A DNA stretch of 64,000 nucleotides from assembly GCF_006345805.1 (NCBI RefSeq), contig NC_043022.1, positions 15,252,001 through 15,316,000 on the forward strand, given 5' to 3'. This document shows, one piece after another, positions 63,588 through 64,000 of this stretch. Below the pieces are notes generated by a model that saw nothing but the letters and a program-made list of their open reading frames with translations, was not told where the DNA came from and ran no database searches. How positions within the stretch are numbered: position 1 is the first letter of the stretch; each line of letters begins with the position of its first letter. The stretch is from Octopus sinensis. Taxonomy: Eukaryota. A program made the position numbers and the translations under genes.

Positions 63588-64000
63588 AGTACAGGACACC
63601 ACAAATAAACGTAGAACTCAACGAGAAACGAAAACATAAAATCAAACAAGGAAACGGACTTTTTTTAACAACGAAAAAACAGAGTACAGGACAAACAATA
63701 CAAGGAATATTCCCCTTCATCAGCTGTCCCTAGTTCGACTCAATACATGTTTCATATATATATATATATATATATATATGATTGATTGATTGATTCTAGT
63801 TTCAGCTCACGAGCTGTGGCCATGCTGGGGCACCGATATATATATATACATGCATATGTATATACACAAGCACTCTCACTTGTTTCCAGTCCTTCACGAA
63901 AACTGTATTTGGCAACGGGGAAAGTAATGCCTTTCTTGGAAACAGGCGAGTGTTGGCGCCAGGGAAGGCATCCGAGCATGGAAAAAAATCTGCTTCAATG

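Noticed and set aside
63690-63755. CTGATGA motif on the minus strand as a hammerhead
   Set aside because: No GAAA after the stem and no consistent three-stem fold.

Overview
AT-rich, microsatellite- and SINE-dense animal DNA whose repeat landscape looks like octopus (coleoid cephalopod); the species call is inference. One gene is well supported: an atypical protein kinase C (aPKC, PKC iota/zeta family) on the minus strand. I traced 11 homology-supported coding exons by hand, from the PB1 domain (49.5 kb) through the pseudosubstrate and C1 to the kinase activation loop (1.2 kb), plus four short hinge exons (76, 35, 33, 30 nt) inferred from splice sites and frame. The C-terminal exons lie beyond the left edge. 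Most ORFs in the supplied track are low-complexity artefacts. Best leads: (i) a CpG-rich in-frame 42-codon leader before the C1 exon that would give an isoform lacking PB1 and the pseudosubstrate, with a basic amphipathic N-terminus; (ii) a second possible internal start or microexon before the kinase domain; (iii) symmetric hinge microexons; (iv) a nearly canonical type I hammerhead ribozyme at 60.1 kb with degenerate relatives; (v) many foldbacks and inverted SINE pairs that could be ADAR substrates. No database searches were run.
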